From NCBI GenBank assembly GCA_026770705.1, contig JANJGN010000013.1, positions 100,936,001 through 101,000,000 on the forward strand: a stretch of DNA of 64,000 nucleotides, written 5' to 3'. The stretch is from Isurus oxyrinchus (taxonomy: Eukaryota). The notes under the pieces are model-generated. The model was not told where the DNA came from. It worked only from the letters and a program-made list of their open reading frames with translations, and ran no database searches. Both the position numbers and the translations under genes were made by a program. Positions within the stretch are counted from its first letter, which is position 1; each line of letters begins with the position of its first letter. Positions 12,101-27,100 of this stretch are shown piece after piece.

Positions 12101-15100
12101 TGTATATAATTACTGTTCTATTCCTTTTCTTTGTAGAATTAAGTGTAAGTTGCTCCTTCAACTGAACCAGATGTTGCGAATATCTCAACATTATCTCAGA
12201 AGCCGATGCAGCCAGTAGTGAATTAATAATCTGCCTTTTCCTCTGGCATTTAGGGCCAACGCCATTTGGAGGAGCAGGAAGACCAAGAACTTCAGAGACC
12301 ACCTTCAGTGGTGAGTATTGTTCTTCTCCTCATCAGCATGTTAAGTTAAATTTCTGTGATTCGGATGTAAGTATTCTGTAATATTTCCTCTGCTACGTTA
12401 GATATAATCTTTCCTTGTAAACAACTGCTCATTCTTGTCAACAAAAGATTATGAAGCGTTTGTTGACACTCTGTCATTAATGATATTCTTGCCGGAAAAG
12501 CAAATGCCTTTTGCGAGCAACTTGCTCCAGCACGTGCTCTGGAGGTTAACTGCTAGATTTTGAGAATTGAATTGGTGATAGGAGATTTTGGGAATAATTA
12601 TTTTTCTGTTTCTTACCTTTGTAGTATCATCTCTAGCTTACTCCTTCAACTGATGCAAATTTAGTTTACATTTTCTAGGAAAGCGATGCATCCAGTAGTG
12701 ATTTTATATATTGTACCATTTTCTCCGATATTTAGGGCCAACACCATTTGGTGGATCTGGAAGACCAAGAACTTCAGAGACCACCATCAGTGGTGAGTAT
12801 TATTCTTCTCCTTATCAGCGTGTTAAGTTCAATTTCTGCGATTTTTGTATTAGTATGCTGAAATATTTCCTCTGCTACATTAAGTATAATCTTTCCTTGT
12901 AAACAATCGCTCATTCTTGTCGACAAAAGACAATGAATTGTTTGTTGACATTTGTTGACACCATATGCTTGCCTGAAAAGCAAATGCCTTTTGCAGGCAA
13001 TTTGCTCCAGCAACTGCTCTGTAGATTAACTGCTGGATTTTGAGAATTGAATTAGTGATAAGCGATTTTGGGTATAACTATTTTTCTGTTTCTTACCTTT
13101 CTAGTATCATCTCTAACATGTTCCTTCAACTGAAGTAAATTCAGTGTGCATTGTGTAGGAAAGTAATGCAGCCAGCAGGGAAGTAATATCCTTTACCATT
13201 TTCTCTGGTATTTAGGGCCAACACCATTTGGAGGAACAGGGAGACCAACAACTTCAGAGACTACCATCAGTGGTGGTGAGAATTGTTCTTCTCCTCATCA
13301 GCATGTTAAGTTAATGCTGTAAGATTCGTGTATTAATATTCTGTAATATTTCCTCTGCTACATAGTGCGAACACTAACGACAGTGACAGGTGTACTTCCT
13401 GCTTCAGAAACCAGCATTTCTGGTGAGTAGAGCTAATTTCATTTGATTAGGTTAAATTATTTCAGAGCGATTTGTGATTTAGCGCTCTGCAATATGATTT
13501 CTGCTGCATAGGACCAACCCAAGCTACAGGGACAGGATTTGCAATGGTTTCAGAAACCAGGATTACCGGTGAGCACATGTTTTCTCATTGCCATGTGAAG
13601 TTTGCCCTGCCAGCTGCAGGCAGTCAAGAGTCTTGATGTTTTTGCAAAATTGAAGTTGATGATATGTTGAGTCCAATCACATGGAAATATCTAAATGAGT
13701 GCCAAATGAGTTGTTCCACAGTATTATTGGTACTGTTCTTACTTCATAAATGTGTTTCTTTATGCTTTGTTCTGGCAGTGGTTTCTGATGGTAAAATTGT
13801 CAAATGATAATAAATTGTTAATGCTTTGTGTAAGCTTAGGTTAACTACTAGATTTTGAGAATTGAATTGCTGATAGGAGATTTTGGGTATAATTATTTTT
13901 CTATTTCTAACCTTTCTAGTATCATCTCTAACATGTTCCTTCAACTGAAGTAAATTCAGTGTGCATTATGTAGGAAAGCGATGCAGCCAGCAGTGAACTA
14001 ATATGCTTTACCATTTTCTCTGGTATTTAGGGCCAACACCATTTGGAGGAACAGGGAAACCAACAACCTCAGAGACTACCATCAGTGGTGGTGAGAATTG
14101 TTCTTCTCCTCATCAGCATGTTAAGTTAATGTTGTGCGATTCGTCTGTTAATATTCTGTGATATTTTCTCTGCTACATAGTGCCAACATTTACTACAGTG
14201 ACAGGTGTACTTCCTTCTTCAGAGACTAGCATTTCTGGTGTGTAGAACTAATTTCATCTGATTAGGTGAAATTATTTCAGAGCAATTTGTGATTTAGCTT
14301 TCTGCCATATGATCTCTGATACATAGGACCAACTCCAGCTACAGGGACAGGCATTGCCATGGTTTCAGAAACCAAGATTACTGGTGAGGGCATGTTTTCT
14401 CATTGCCATGTGAAGTTTGCACTGCTAACTGTGGGTAGTCAAGGGTCTTGATGTTTTTTGCAAAATTGAAGTTGATGACATGTTGAGTCCAATCACATGG
14501 AAATGTATAAATGAGTGCCATCTGAGTTGTTCCATAGAATTATTGGTAATGTTCTTACTTCATAAATGTGCTTCTTTATGCTTTGTTCTGGCAGTGGTTT
14601 CTAATGGTAAAATTGTCAAATGATAATAAATTGTTAACGCTTTGTGTAAGCTTTGGTGCAATTTTTATGCCACATTTTACAAAATGTGAGCAGAAATACC
14701 TTGTGCCTTTACTTACCTCACTGCTTATTGATGCATATTTGTTTTTTGATTAAAAGACGTGTTGATTAAAGAGGTATGAGAATTATGATTGTTGCCAGTT
14801 ATAGTTGATATATGGCATTGTCAAGTTTTTCTTTCGGTCGAGGACGGAGCTATTAAGTAAGCTTGTTGAATTGATGGGAGTCAGTCCGCTGTGTCATTGT
14901 TGGATGAGTGATTGTGTTATTGGCAGTATCTTTGAATTAGCAAGCGATACGGATAATGAAGATGGCCCAAAACTCTTTGAGAAATGGACGAACTGGGGCC
15001 TGACAATTCCATTTATTTTTTCAAAGCAAATATTGACATTGAAAATTTGCGATTATTTGCGTTTTTGCATTTGTAGTTTGGAGAACTATCAGGTTGTTGT

Positions 15101-18100
15101 TATTAATTTTAGAGTCCTAAATGCATTTATTTGAACGAATGATGATAGCAGAAGACATCAGGTTATCTGATGAGTAGAGAAATGCTTGTCTGTCCTGAGG
15201 CCAAGAGGACGTGCTTAAAAGCATCTCATTTGATGAACTGGAAAACGAAAGGATTCTTTTGGGGTGATTTTGGGCAATGATGAGGCTTCCATGTGAAATA
15301 TGTTTTTGAAAAGGCAGAGAACATTATTTTCTCAAAATGGAATACAGCAATGTTTCCATTTGCAAATAATTGGTGAAGTAGTGATGAGAAGTGCCATGTG
15401 CTGAGTGGGATTTTTAAATTGCGCCCTTGAAGTTGTTAGAAAAAACAATCAGTTTGAAATCTTTCAAATTAAGTTTTGCCTGTTAAGAAGTGCTCAATCT
15501 TGTGAATAGATGCAAATGAAGCATTTGCTGATACCATGTCACTGAAGATATTATTGCCTGAAAATTAAGTGCCTTTTATTGGCAAATTTGTCCAGGAATT
15601 GCTCTGGAAGTTAACCTCTACCTTATTGGAAGGGAATTGCTGCTAGGCTATGTTGTATATAATTACTGTTCTATTCCTTTTCTTTGTAGAATTAAGTGTA
15701 AGTTGCTCCTTCAACTGAACCAGATGTTGCGAATATCTCAACATTATCTCAGAAGCCGATGCAGCCAGTAGTGAATTAATAATCTGCCTTTTCCTCTGGC
15801 ATTTAGGGCCAACGCCATTTGGAGGAGCAGGAAGACCAAGAACTTCAGAGACCACCTTCAGTGGTGAGTATTGTTCTTCTCCTCATCAGCATGTTAAGTT
15901 AAATTTCTGTGATTCGGATGTAAGTATTCTGTAATATTTCCTCTGCTACGTTAGATATAATCTTTCCTTGTAAACAACTGCTCATTCTTGTCAACAAAAG
16001 ATTATGAAGCGTTTGTTGACACTCTGTCATTAATGATATTCTTGCCGGAAAAGCAAATGCCTTTTGCGAGCAACTTGCTCCAGCACGTGCTCTGGAGGTT
16101 AACTGCTAGATTTTGAGAATTGAATTGGTGATAGGAGATTTTGGGAATAATTATTTTTCTGTTTCTTACCTTTGTAGTATCATCTCTAGCTTACTCCTTC
16201 AACTGATGCAAATTTAGTTTACATTTTCTAGGAAAGCGATGCATCCAGTAGTGATTTTATATATTGTACCATTTTCTCCGATATTTAGGGCCAACACCAT
16301 TTGGTGGATCTGGAAGACCAAGAACTTCAGAGACCACCATCAGTGGTGAGTATTATTCTTCTCCTTATCAGCGTGTTAAGTTCAATTTCTGCGATTTTTG
16401 TATTAGTATGCTGAAATATTTCCTCTGCTACATTAAGTATATTCTTTCCTTGTAAACAATCGCTCATTCTTGTCGACAAAAGACAATGAATTGTTTGTTG
16501 ACATTTGTTGACACCATATGCTTGCCTGAAAAGCAAATGCCTTTTGCAGGCAATTTGCTCCAGCAACTGCTCTGTAGATTAACTGCTGGATTTTGAGAAT
16601 TGAATTAGTGATAAGCGATTTTGGGTATAACTATTTTTCTGTTTCTTACCTTTCTAGTATCATCTCTAACATGTTCCTTCAACTGAAGTAAATTCAGTGT
16701 GCATTGTGTAGGAAAGTAATGCAGCCAGCAGGGAAGTAATATCCTTTACCATTTTCTCTGGTATTTAGGGCCAACACCATTTGGAGGAACAGGGAGACCA
16801 ACAACTTCAGAGACTACCATCAGTGGTGGTGAGAATTGTTCTTCTCCTCATCAGCATGTTAAGTTAATGCTGTAAGATTCGTGTATTAATATTCTGTAAT
16901 ATTTCCTCTGCTACATAGTGCGAACACTAACGACAGTGACAGGTGTACTTCCTGCTTCAGAAACCAGCATTTCTGGTGAGTAGAGCTAATTTCATTTGAT
17001 TAGGTTAAATTATTTCAGAGCGATTTGTGATTTAGCGCTCTGCAATATGATTTCTGCTGCATAGGACCAACCCAAGCTACAGGGACAGGATTTGCAATGG
17101 TTTCAGAAACCAGGATTACCGGTGAGCACATGTTTTCTCATTGCCATGTGAAGTTTGCCCATGCCAGCTGCAGGCAGTCAAGAGTCTTGATGTTTTTGCA
17201 AAATTGAAGTTGATGATATGTTGAGTCCAATCACATGGAAATATCTAAATGAGTGCCAAATGAGTTGTTCCACAGTATTATTGGTACTGTTCTTACTTCA
17301 TAAATGTGTTTCTTTATGCTTTGTTCTGGCAGTGGTTTCTGATGGTAAAATTGTCAAATGATAATAAATTGTTAATGCTTTGTGTAAGCTTAGGTTAACT
17401 ACTAGATTTTGAGAATTGAATTGCTGATAGGAGATTTTGGGTATAATTATTTTTCTATTTCTAACCTTTCTAGTATCATCTCTAACATGTTCCTTCAACT
17501 GCAGTAAATTCAGTGTGCATTATGTAGGAAAGCGATGCAGCCAGCAGTGAACTAATATGCTTTACCATTTTCTCTGGTATTTAGGGCCAACACCATTTGG
17601 AGGAACAGGGAAACCAACAACCTCAGAGACTACCATCAGTGGTGGTGAGAATTGTTCTTCTCCTCATCAGCATGTTAAGTTAATGTTGTGCGATTCGTCT
17701 GTTAATATTCTGTGATATTTTCTCTGCTACATAGTGCCAACATTTACTACAGTGACAGGTGTACTTCCTTCTTCAGAGACTAGCATTTCTGGTGTGTAGA
17801 ACTAATTTCATCTGATTAGGTGAAATTATTTCAGAGCAATTTGTGATTTAGCTTTCTGCCATATGATCTCTGATACATAGGACCAACTCCAGCTACAGGG
17901 ACAGGCATTGCCATGGTTTCAGAAACCAAGATTACTGGTGAGGGCATGTTTTCTCATTGCCATGTGAAGTTTGCACTGCTAACTGTGGGTAGTCAAGGGT
18001 CTTGATGTTTTTTGCAAAATTGAAGTTGATGACATGTTGAGTCCAATCACATGGAAATGTATAAATGAGTGCCATCTGAGTTGTTCCATAGAATTATTGG

Positions 18101-21100
18101 TAATGTTCTTACTTCATAAATGTGCTTCTTTATGCTTTGTTCTGGCAGTGGTTTCTAATGGTAAAATTGTCAAATGATAATAAATTGTTAACGCTTTGTG
18201 TAAGCTTTGGTGCAATTTTTATGCCACATTTTACAAAATGTGAGCAGAAATACCTTGTGCCTTTACTTACCTCACTGCTTATTGATGCATATTTGTTTTT
18301 TGATTAAAAGACGTGTTGATTAAAGAGGTATGAGAATTATGATTGTTGCCAGTTATAGTTGATATATGGCATTGTCAAGTTTTTCTTTCGGTCGAGGACG
18401 GAGCTATTAAGTAAGCTTGTTGAATTGATGGGAGTCAGTCCGCTGTGTCATTGTTGGATGAGTGATTGTGTTATTGGCAGTATCTTTGAATTAGCAAGCG
18501 ATACGGATAATGAAGATGGCCCAAAACTCTTTGAGAAATGGACGAACTGGGGCCTGACAATTCCATTTATTTTTTCAAAGCAAATATTGACATTGAAAAT
18601 TTGCGATTATTTGCGTTTTTGCATTTGTAGTTTGGAGAACTATCAGGTTGTTGTTATTAATTTTAGAGTCCTAAATGCATTTATTTGAACGAATGATGAT
18701 AGCAGAAGACATCAGGTTATCTGATGAGTAGAGAAATGCTTGTCTGTCCTGAGGCCAAGAGGACGTGCTTAAAAGCATCTCATTTGATGAACTGGAAAAG
18801 GAAAGGATTCTTTTGGGGTGATTTTGGGCAATGATGAGGCTTCCATGTGAAATATGTTTTTGAAAAGGCAGAGAACATTATTTTCTCAAAATGGAATACA
18901 GCAATGTTTCCATTTGCAAATAATTGGTGAAGTAGTGATGAGAAGTGCCATGTGCTGAGTGGGATTTTTAAATTGCGCCCTTGAAGTTGTTAGAAATAAC
19001 AATCAGTTTGAAATCTTTCAAATTAAGTTTTGCCTGTTAAGAAGTGCTCAATCTTGTGAATAGATGCAAATGAAGCATTTGCTGATACCATGTCATTGAA
19101 GATATTATTGCCTGAAAATTAAGTGCCTTTTATTGGCAAATTTGTCCAGGAATTGCTCTGGAAGTTAACCTCTACCTTATTGGAAGGGAATTGCTGCTAG
19201 GCTATGTTGTATATAATTACTGTTCTATTCCTTTTCTTTGTAGAATTAAGTGTAAGTTGCTCCTTCAACTGAACCAGATGTTGCGAATATCTCAACATTA
19301 TCTCAGAAGCCGATGCAGCCAGTAGTGAATTAATAATCTGCCTTTTCCTCTGGCATTTAGGGCCAACGCCATTTGGAGGAGCAGGAAGACCAAGAACTTC
19401 AGAGACCACCTTCAGTGGTGAGTATTGTTCTTCTCCTCATCAGCATGTTAAGTTAAATTTCTGTGATTCGGATGTAAGTATTCTGTAATATTTCCTCTGC
19501 TACGTTAGATATAATCTTTCCTTGTAATCAACTGCTCATTCTTGTCAACAAAAGATTATGAAGCATTTGTTGACACTCTGTCATTAATGATATTCTTGTC
19601 GGAAAAGCAAATGCCTTTTGCTAGCAACTTGCTCCAGCACGTGCTCTGGAGGTTAACTGCTAGATTTTGAGAATTGAATTGGTGATAGGAGATTTTGGGA
19701 ATAATTATTTTTCTGTTTCTTACCTTTGTAGTATCATCTCTAGCTTACTCCTTCAACTGATGCAAATTTAGTTTACATTTTCTAGGAAAGCGATGCATCC
19801 AGTAGTGATTTTATATATTGTACCATTTTCTCCGATATTTAGGGCCAACACCATTTGGTGGATCTGGAAGACCAAGAACTTCAGAGACCACCATCAGTGG
19901 TGAGTATTATTCTTCTCCTTATCAGCGTGTTAAGTTAAATTTCTGCGATTTTTGTATTAGTATGCTGAAATATTTCCTCTGCTACATTAAGTATATTCTT
20001 TCCTTGTAAGCAATCGCTCATTCTTGTCGACAAAAGACAATGAATTGTTTGTTGACACCATATGCTTGCCTGAAAAGCAAATGCCTTTTGCAGGCAATTT
20101 GCTCCAGCAACTGCTCTGTAGATTAACTGCTGGATTTTGAGAATTGAATTAGTGATAAGCGATTTTGGGTATAACTATTTTTCTGTTTCTTACCTTTCTA
20201 GTATCATCTCTAACACGTTCCTTCAACTGAAGTAAATTCAGTGTGCATTATGTAGGAAAGCGATGCAGCCAGCAGTGAATTAATATGCTTTACCATTTTC
20301 TCTGGTATTTAGGGCCAACACCATTTGGAGGAGCAGGGAGACCAACAACTTCAGAGACTACCATCAGTGGTGGTGAGAATTGTTCTTCTCCTCATCAGCA
20401 TGTTAAGTTAATGCTGTGAGATTTGTGTATTAATATTCTGTAATATTTCCTCTGCTACATAGTGCGAACACTAACGACAGTGACAGGTGTACTTCCTGCT
20501 TCAGAAACCAGCATTTCTGGTGAGTAGAGCTAATTTCATTTGATTAGGTTAAATTATTTCAGAGCGATTTGTGATTTAGCGCTCTGCAATATGATTTCTG
20601 CTGCATAGGACCAACCCAAGCTACAGGGACAGGATTTGCAATGGTTTCAGAAACCAGGATTACCGGTGAGCACATGTTTTCTCATTGCCATGTGAAGTTT
20701 GCCCTGCCAGCTGCAGGCAGTCAAGAGTCTTGATGTTTTTGCAAAATTGAAGTTGATGATATGTTGAGTCCAATCACATGGAAATATCTAAATGAGTGCC
20801 AAATGAGTTGTTCCTCAGTATTATTGGTACTGTTCTTACTTCATAAATGTGTTTCTTTATGCTTTGTTCTGGCAGTGGTTTCTGATGGTGAAATTGTCAA
20901 ATGATAATAAATTGTTAATGTTTTGTGTAAGCTTAGGTTAACTACTAGATTTTGAGAATTGAATTGCTGATAGGAGATTTTGGGTATAATTATTTTTCTA
21001 TTTCTTACCTTTCTAGTATCATCTCTAACATGTTCCTTCAACTGAAGTAAATTCAGTGTGCATTATGTAGGAAAGCGATGCAGCCAGCAGTGAACTAATA

Positions 21101-24100
21101 TGCTTTACCATTTTCTCTGGTATTTAGGGCCAACACCATTTGGAGGAACAGGGAAACCAACAACCTCAGAGACTACCATCAGTGGTGGTGAGAATTGTTC
21201 TTCTCCTCATCAGCATCTTAAGTTAATGTTGTGCGATTTGTCTGTTAATATTCTGTGATATTTTCTCTGCTACATAGTGCCAACATTTAGTACAGTGACA
21301 GGTGTACTTCCTTCTTCCGAGACTAGCATTTCTGGTGTGTAGAACTAATTTCATCTGATTAGGTGAAATTATTTCAGAGCGATTTGTGATTTAGCTTTCT
21401 GCCATATGATCTCTGATACATAGGACCAACTCCAGCTACAGGGACAGGCATTGCCATGGTTTCAGAAACCAAGATTACTGGTGAGGGCATGTTTTCTCAT
21501 TGCCATGTGAAGTTTGCACTGCTAACTGTGGGTAGTCAAGGGTCTTGATGTTTTTTGCAAAATTGAAGTTGATGACATGTTGAGTCCAATCACATGGAAA
21601 TGTATAAATGAGTGCCATCTGAGTTGTTCCATAGAATTATTGGTAATGTTCTTACTTCATAAATGTGCTTCTTTATGCTTTGTTCTGGCAGTGGTTTCTG
21701 ATGGTAAAATTGTCAAATGATAATAAATTGTTAACGCTTTGTGTAAGCTTAGGTGCAATTTTTATGCCACATTTTACAAAATGTGAGCAGAAATACCTTG
21801 TGCCTTTACTTACCTCACTGCTTATTGATGCATATTTGTTTTGTGATTAAAAGACGTGTTGATTAAAGAGGTATGAGAATTATGATTGTTGCCAGTTATA
21901 GTTGATATCTGGCATTGTCAAGTATTACTTTCGGTCGAGGACGGAGCTATTAAGTAAGCTTGTTGAATTGATGGGAGTCAGTCCGATGTGTCATTGTCGG
22001 ATGAGTGATTGTGTTATTGGCAGTATCTTTAAATAGCAAGAGATACGGTTCATGAAGGCAGCCCAAAACTTTTTGAGAAATGGAGGAACTGGGGCCTGAC
22101 AATTCCATTTGTTTTTTCGAAGCAAATATGGAAATTGGAAATTTGCGATTATTTGCTTTTTTGCATTTGTAATTTGAAGAACTATCAGGTTGCTGTTATT
22201 AATTTTAGAAACCTAAATGCATTTATTTGAATGAATGATGATGGCAGAAGACATCAGGTTATCTGATGAGTCGAGAAATGCTTGTCTGTCCTGAGGCCAA
22301 GAGGATGTGCTTAATAGCATCTCAATTGATGAACTGGAAAATGAAAGGATTCTTTTGGGGTGATTTTGGGCAATGATGAGGCTTCCATGTGAAATATGTT
22401 TTTGGAAAGACAGAGAACATTATTTTCTCAAAATGGAATACAGCAAGGTTTCCATTAGCAAATAATTGGTGAAGTAGTGATGAGAAGTGCCATGTGCTGA
22501 GTGCGATTTTTAAATTGCGCCCCTGAAGTTGTTTGAAAGATTTCAAACTGATTGATATTTCTAATTAATTTTGCCTGTTAAGAAGCGCTCAATCTTGTGA
22601 AGAAAAGCAAATGAAACATTTGCTGACACCATGTCATTGAAAATATCATTGCCTGAAAATGAAGTGCCTTTTATCGGCAACTTTGTCCAGGAATTGCTCT
22701 GGAAGTTATCCTCTACCTTATTGGAAGGGAATTGCTGCTAGGCTTTGTTGTATATAATTATTGTTCTATTCCTTATCTTTGTAGAAGGAATTGTATGTTG
22801 CTCCTTCAACTGAACTAGATGATGCGAATATCTCAACATTATCTCAGAAGTCGATGCAGCCAGTAGTGAATTAATAATCTGCCATTTCCTCTGGCATTTA
22901 GGGCCAACACCATTTGGTGGAACTGGAAGGCCAAGAATTTTAGAGACCACCATCAGTGGTGAGTATGGCTCTTCTCCTCATCAGCATGTTAAGTTAAATT
23001 TCTGTGATTCGGGTATAAGTATTCTGTAATATTTCCTCTGCTACGTTAAATATAATCTTTCCTTGTAAACAACTGCTCATTCTTGTCAACAAAAGATTAT
23101 GAAGCATTTGTTGACACCCTGTCATTAATGATATTCTTGCCGGAAAAGCAAATGCGTTTTGCAGGCAACTTGCTCCAGCACGTGCTCTGGAGGTTAACCG
23201 CTAGATTTTGAGAATTGAATTGGTGATAGGAGATTTTGTGAATAATTATTTTTCTGTTTCTTACCTTTGTAGTATCATTTCTAGCTTGCTTCTTCAACTG
23301 ATGTAAATTCAGTGTACATTTTCTAGGAAAGCAATGCAGCCAGTAGTGATTTAATATATTGTACCATTTTCTCCGGTATTTAGGGCCAACACCATTTGGT
23401 GGAACTGGAAGGCCAAGAACTTCAGAGACCACCATCAGTGGTGAGTATTGTTCTTCTCCTCATCAGCACGTTAAATAAAATTTCTGCGATTCGGGTATAA
23501 GTATTCTGTAATATTTCCTCTGCTACATCAAGTATAATCTTTCCTTGTAAACAATCGCTCATTCTTGTCAACAAAAGACAATGAATTGTTTGTTGCCATT
23601 TGTTGACACCATGTCATTCATGATATTCTTGCCTGAAAAGCAAATGCCTTTTGCAGGCAATTTGCTCCAGCAACTGCTCTGGTGTTTAACTGCTGGATTT
23701 TGAGAATTGAATTAGTGATAGGAGATTTTGGGTATAACTATTTTTCTGTTTCTTACCTTTCTAGTATCATCTCTAACATGTTCCTTCAACTGAAGTAAAT
23801 TCAGTGTACATTATATAGGAAAGCGATGCAGCCAGCAGTGAATTAATATGCTTTACCATTTTCTCTGGTATTTAGGGCCAACACCATTTGGAGGAACAGG
23901 GAGACCAACTACTTCAGAGACTACCATCAGTGGTGGTGAGAATTGTTCTTCTCCTCATCAGCATGTTAAGTTAATGTTGTGCGATTCGTGTATTAATATT
24001 CTGTAATATTTCCCCTGCTACATAGTGCGAACACTAACGACAGTGACAGGTGTACTTCCTGCTTCAGAAACCAGCATTTCTGGTGAGTAGAGCTAATTTC

Positions 24101-27100
24101 ATCTGATTAGGTTAAATTATTTCAGAGCGATTTGTGAATTAGCGCTCTGCAATATGATCTCTGCTGCATAGGACCAACCCAAGCTACAGGGACAGGATTT
24201 GCAATGGTTTCATAAATTAGGATTACTGGTGAGCACATGTTTTCTCATTGCCATGTGAAGTTTGCCCTGCCAACTGCAGGCAGTCAAGGGTCTTGATGTT
24301 TTTGCAAAATTGAAGTTGATGTTATGTTGAGCCCAATCACATGGAAATGTCGAAATAAGTGCCAAATGGGTTTTCCACAGTATTATTGGTAATGTTCTTA
24401 CTTCATAAATGTGCTTCTTTATGCTTTGTTCTGGCAGTGGTTTCTGATGGTAAAATTGTTAAATGATAATAAATTGTTAACGGTTTGTGTAAGCTTAGGT
24501 TCAACTTTTAAGCCACATTTTACAAAATGTGAGGACAAACACCTTGTTCCTTTACTTTCCTCACTGCTTATTGATGCATATTTGTTTTGTGATTCAAAGA
24601 CGTGTTGGTTAAAGAGGTATGAGAATTGTGATTGTTGCCAGTTATAGTTGATATCTGGCATTATCAAGTATTTCTTTTGGTCGAGGACGGAACAGTTAAG
24701 TAAGGTTGTTGAATTGATTGGAGTCAGTCCGCTGTGTCATTGTTGGATGAGTGATTGTGTTATTGGCAGTATCTTTGAATTAGCAAGCGATACGGATAAT
24801 GAAGATGGCCCAAAACTCTTTGAGAAATGGAGGAACTGGGGCCTGACAATTCCATTTATTTTTTCAAAGCAAATATTGACATTGAAAATTTGCGATTATT
24901 TGCGTTTTTGCATTTGTAGTTTGAAGAACTATCAGGTTGTTGTTATTAATTTTAGAGTCCTAAATGCATTTATTTGAACGAATGATGATAGCAGAAGACA
25001 TCAGGTTATCTGATGAGTAGAGAAATGCTTGTCTGTCCTGAGGCCAAGAGGATGTGCTTAAAAGCATCTCATTTGATGAACTGGAAAACGAAAGGATTCT
25101 TTTGGGGTGATTTTGGGCAATGATGAGGCTTCCATGTGAAATATGTTTTTGAAAAGGCAGAGAACATTATTTTCTCAAAATGGAATACAGCAAGGTTTCC
25201 ATTTGCAAATAATTGGTGAAGTAGTGATGAGAAGTGCCATGTGCTGAGTGGGATTTTTAAATTGCGCCCTTGAAGTTGTTAGAAATAACAATCAGTTTGA
25301 AATCTTTCAAATTAAGTTTTGCCTGTTAAGAAGTGCTCAATCTTGTGAATAGATGCAAATGAAGCATTTGCTGATACCATGTCATTGAAGATATTATTGC
25401 CTGAAAATTAAGTGCCTTTTATTGGCAAATTTGTCCAGGAATTGCTCTGGAAGTTATCCTCTACCTTATTGGAAGGGAATTGCTGCTAGGCTTTGTTGTA
25501 TATAATTACTGTTCTATTCCTTTTCTTTGTAGAATTAAGTGTAAGTTGCTCCTTCAACTGAACCAGATGTTGCGAATATCTCAACATTATCTCAGAAGCC
25601 GATGCAGCCAGTAGTGAATTAATAATCTGCCTTTTCCTCTGGCATTTAGGGCCAACGCCATTTGGAGGAGCAGGAAGACCAAGAACTTCAGAGACCACCT
25701 TCAGTGGTGAGTATTGTTCTTCTCCTCATCAGCATGTTAAGTTAAATTTCTGTGATTCGGATGTAAGTATTCTGTAATACTTCCTCTGTTACGTTAGATA
25801 TAATCTTTCCTTGTAAACAACTGCTCATTCTTGTCAACAAAAGATTATGAAGTGTTTGTTGACACTCTGTCATTAATGATATTCTTGCCGGAAAAGCAAA
25901 TGCCTTTTGCTAGCAACTTGCTCCAGCACGTGCTCTGGAGGTTAACTGCTAGATTTTGAGAATTGAATTGGTGATAGGAGATTTTGGGAATAATTATTTT
26001 TCTGTTTCTTACCTTTGTAGTATCATCTCTAGCTTACTGCTTCAACTGATGCAAATTTAGTTTACATTTTCTAGGAAAGCGATGCATCCAGTAGTGATTT
26101 TATATATTGTACCATTTTCTCCGATATTTAGGGCCAACACCATTTGGTGGAACTGGAAGGCCAAGAATTTCAGAGACCACCATCAGTGGTGAGTATTGTT
26201 CTTCTCCTCATCAGCATGTTAAATAAAATTTCTGCGATACGGGTATAAGTATTCTGTAATATTTCCTCTGCAACATCAAGTATAATCTTTCCTTGTAAAC
26301 AATCGCTCATTCTTGTCAACAAAAGACAATGAATTGTTTGTTGACATTTGTTGACACCATGTCATTCATGATATTCTTGCCTGAAAAGCAAATGCCTTTT
26401 GCAGGCAATTTGCTCCAGCAACTGCTCTGGTGTTTAACTGCTGGATTTTGAGAATTGAATTAGTGATAGGAGATTTTGGGTATAACTATTTTTCTGTTTC
26501 TTACCTTTCTAGTATCATCTCTAACATGTTCCTTCAACTGAAGTAATTTCAGTGTACATTATATAGGAAAGCGATGCAACCAGCAGTGAATTAATATGCT
26601 TTACCATTTTCTCTGGTATTTAGGGCCAACACCATTTGGAGGAACAGGGAGACCAACAACTTCAGAGACTACCATCAGTGGTGGTGAGAATTGTTCTTCT
26701 CCTCATCAGCATGTTAAGTTAATGTTGTGCGATTCGTGTATTAATATTCTGTAATATTTCCCCTGCTACATAGTGCGAACACTAACGACAGTGACAGGTG
26801 TACTTCCTGCTTCAGAAACCAGCATTTCTGGTGAGCAGAGCTAATTTCATCTGATTAGGTTAAATTATTTCAGAGCGATTTGTGAATTAGCGCTCTGCAA
26901 TATGATCTCTGCTGCATAGGACCAACCCAAACTACAGGGACAGGATTTGCAATGGTTTCATAAATTAGGATTACTGGTGAGTACATGTTTTCTCATTGCC
27001 ATGTGAAGTTTGCCCTGCCAACTGCAGGCAGTCAAGGGTCTTGATGTTTTTGCAAAATTGAAGTTGATGTTATGTTGAGCCCAATCACATGGAAATGTCG

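Larger units (their letters stand above)
11300..21900. repeat. Three recent tandem copies of the ~3,553-bp X unit
   Basis: Identical track ORFs at 12090/15643/19197, 13744/17298 and 14805/18359; boundaries approximate. Confidence 0.85.
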
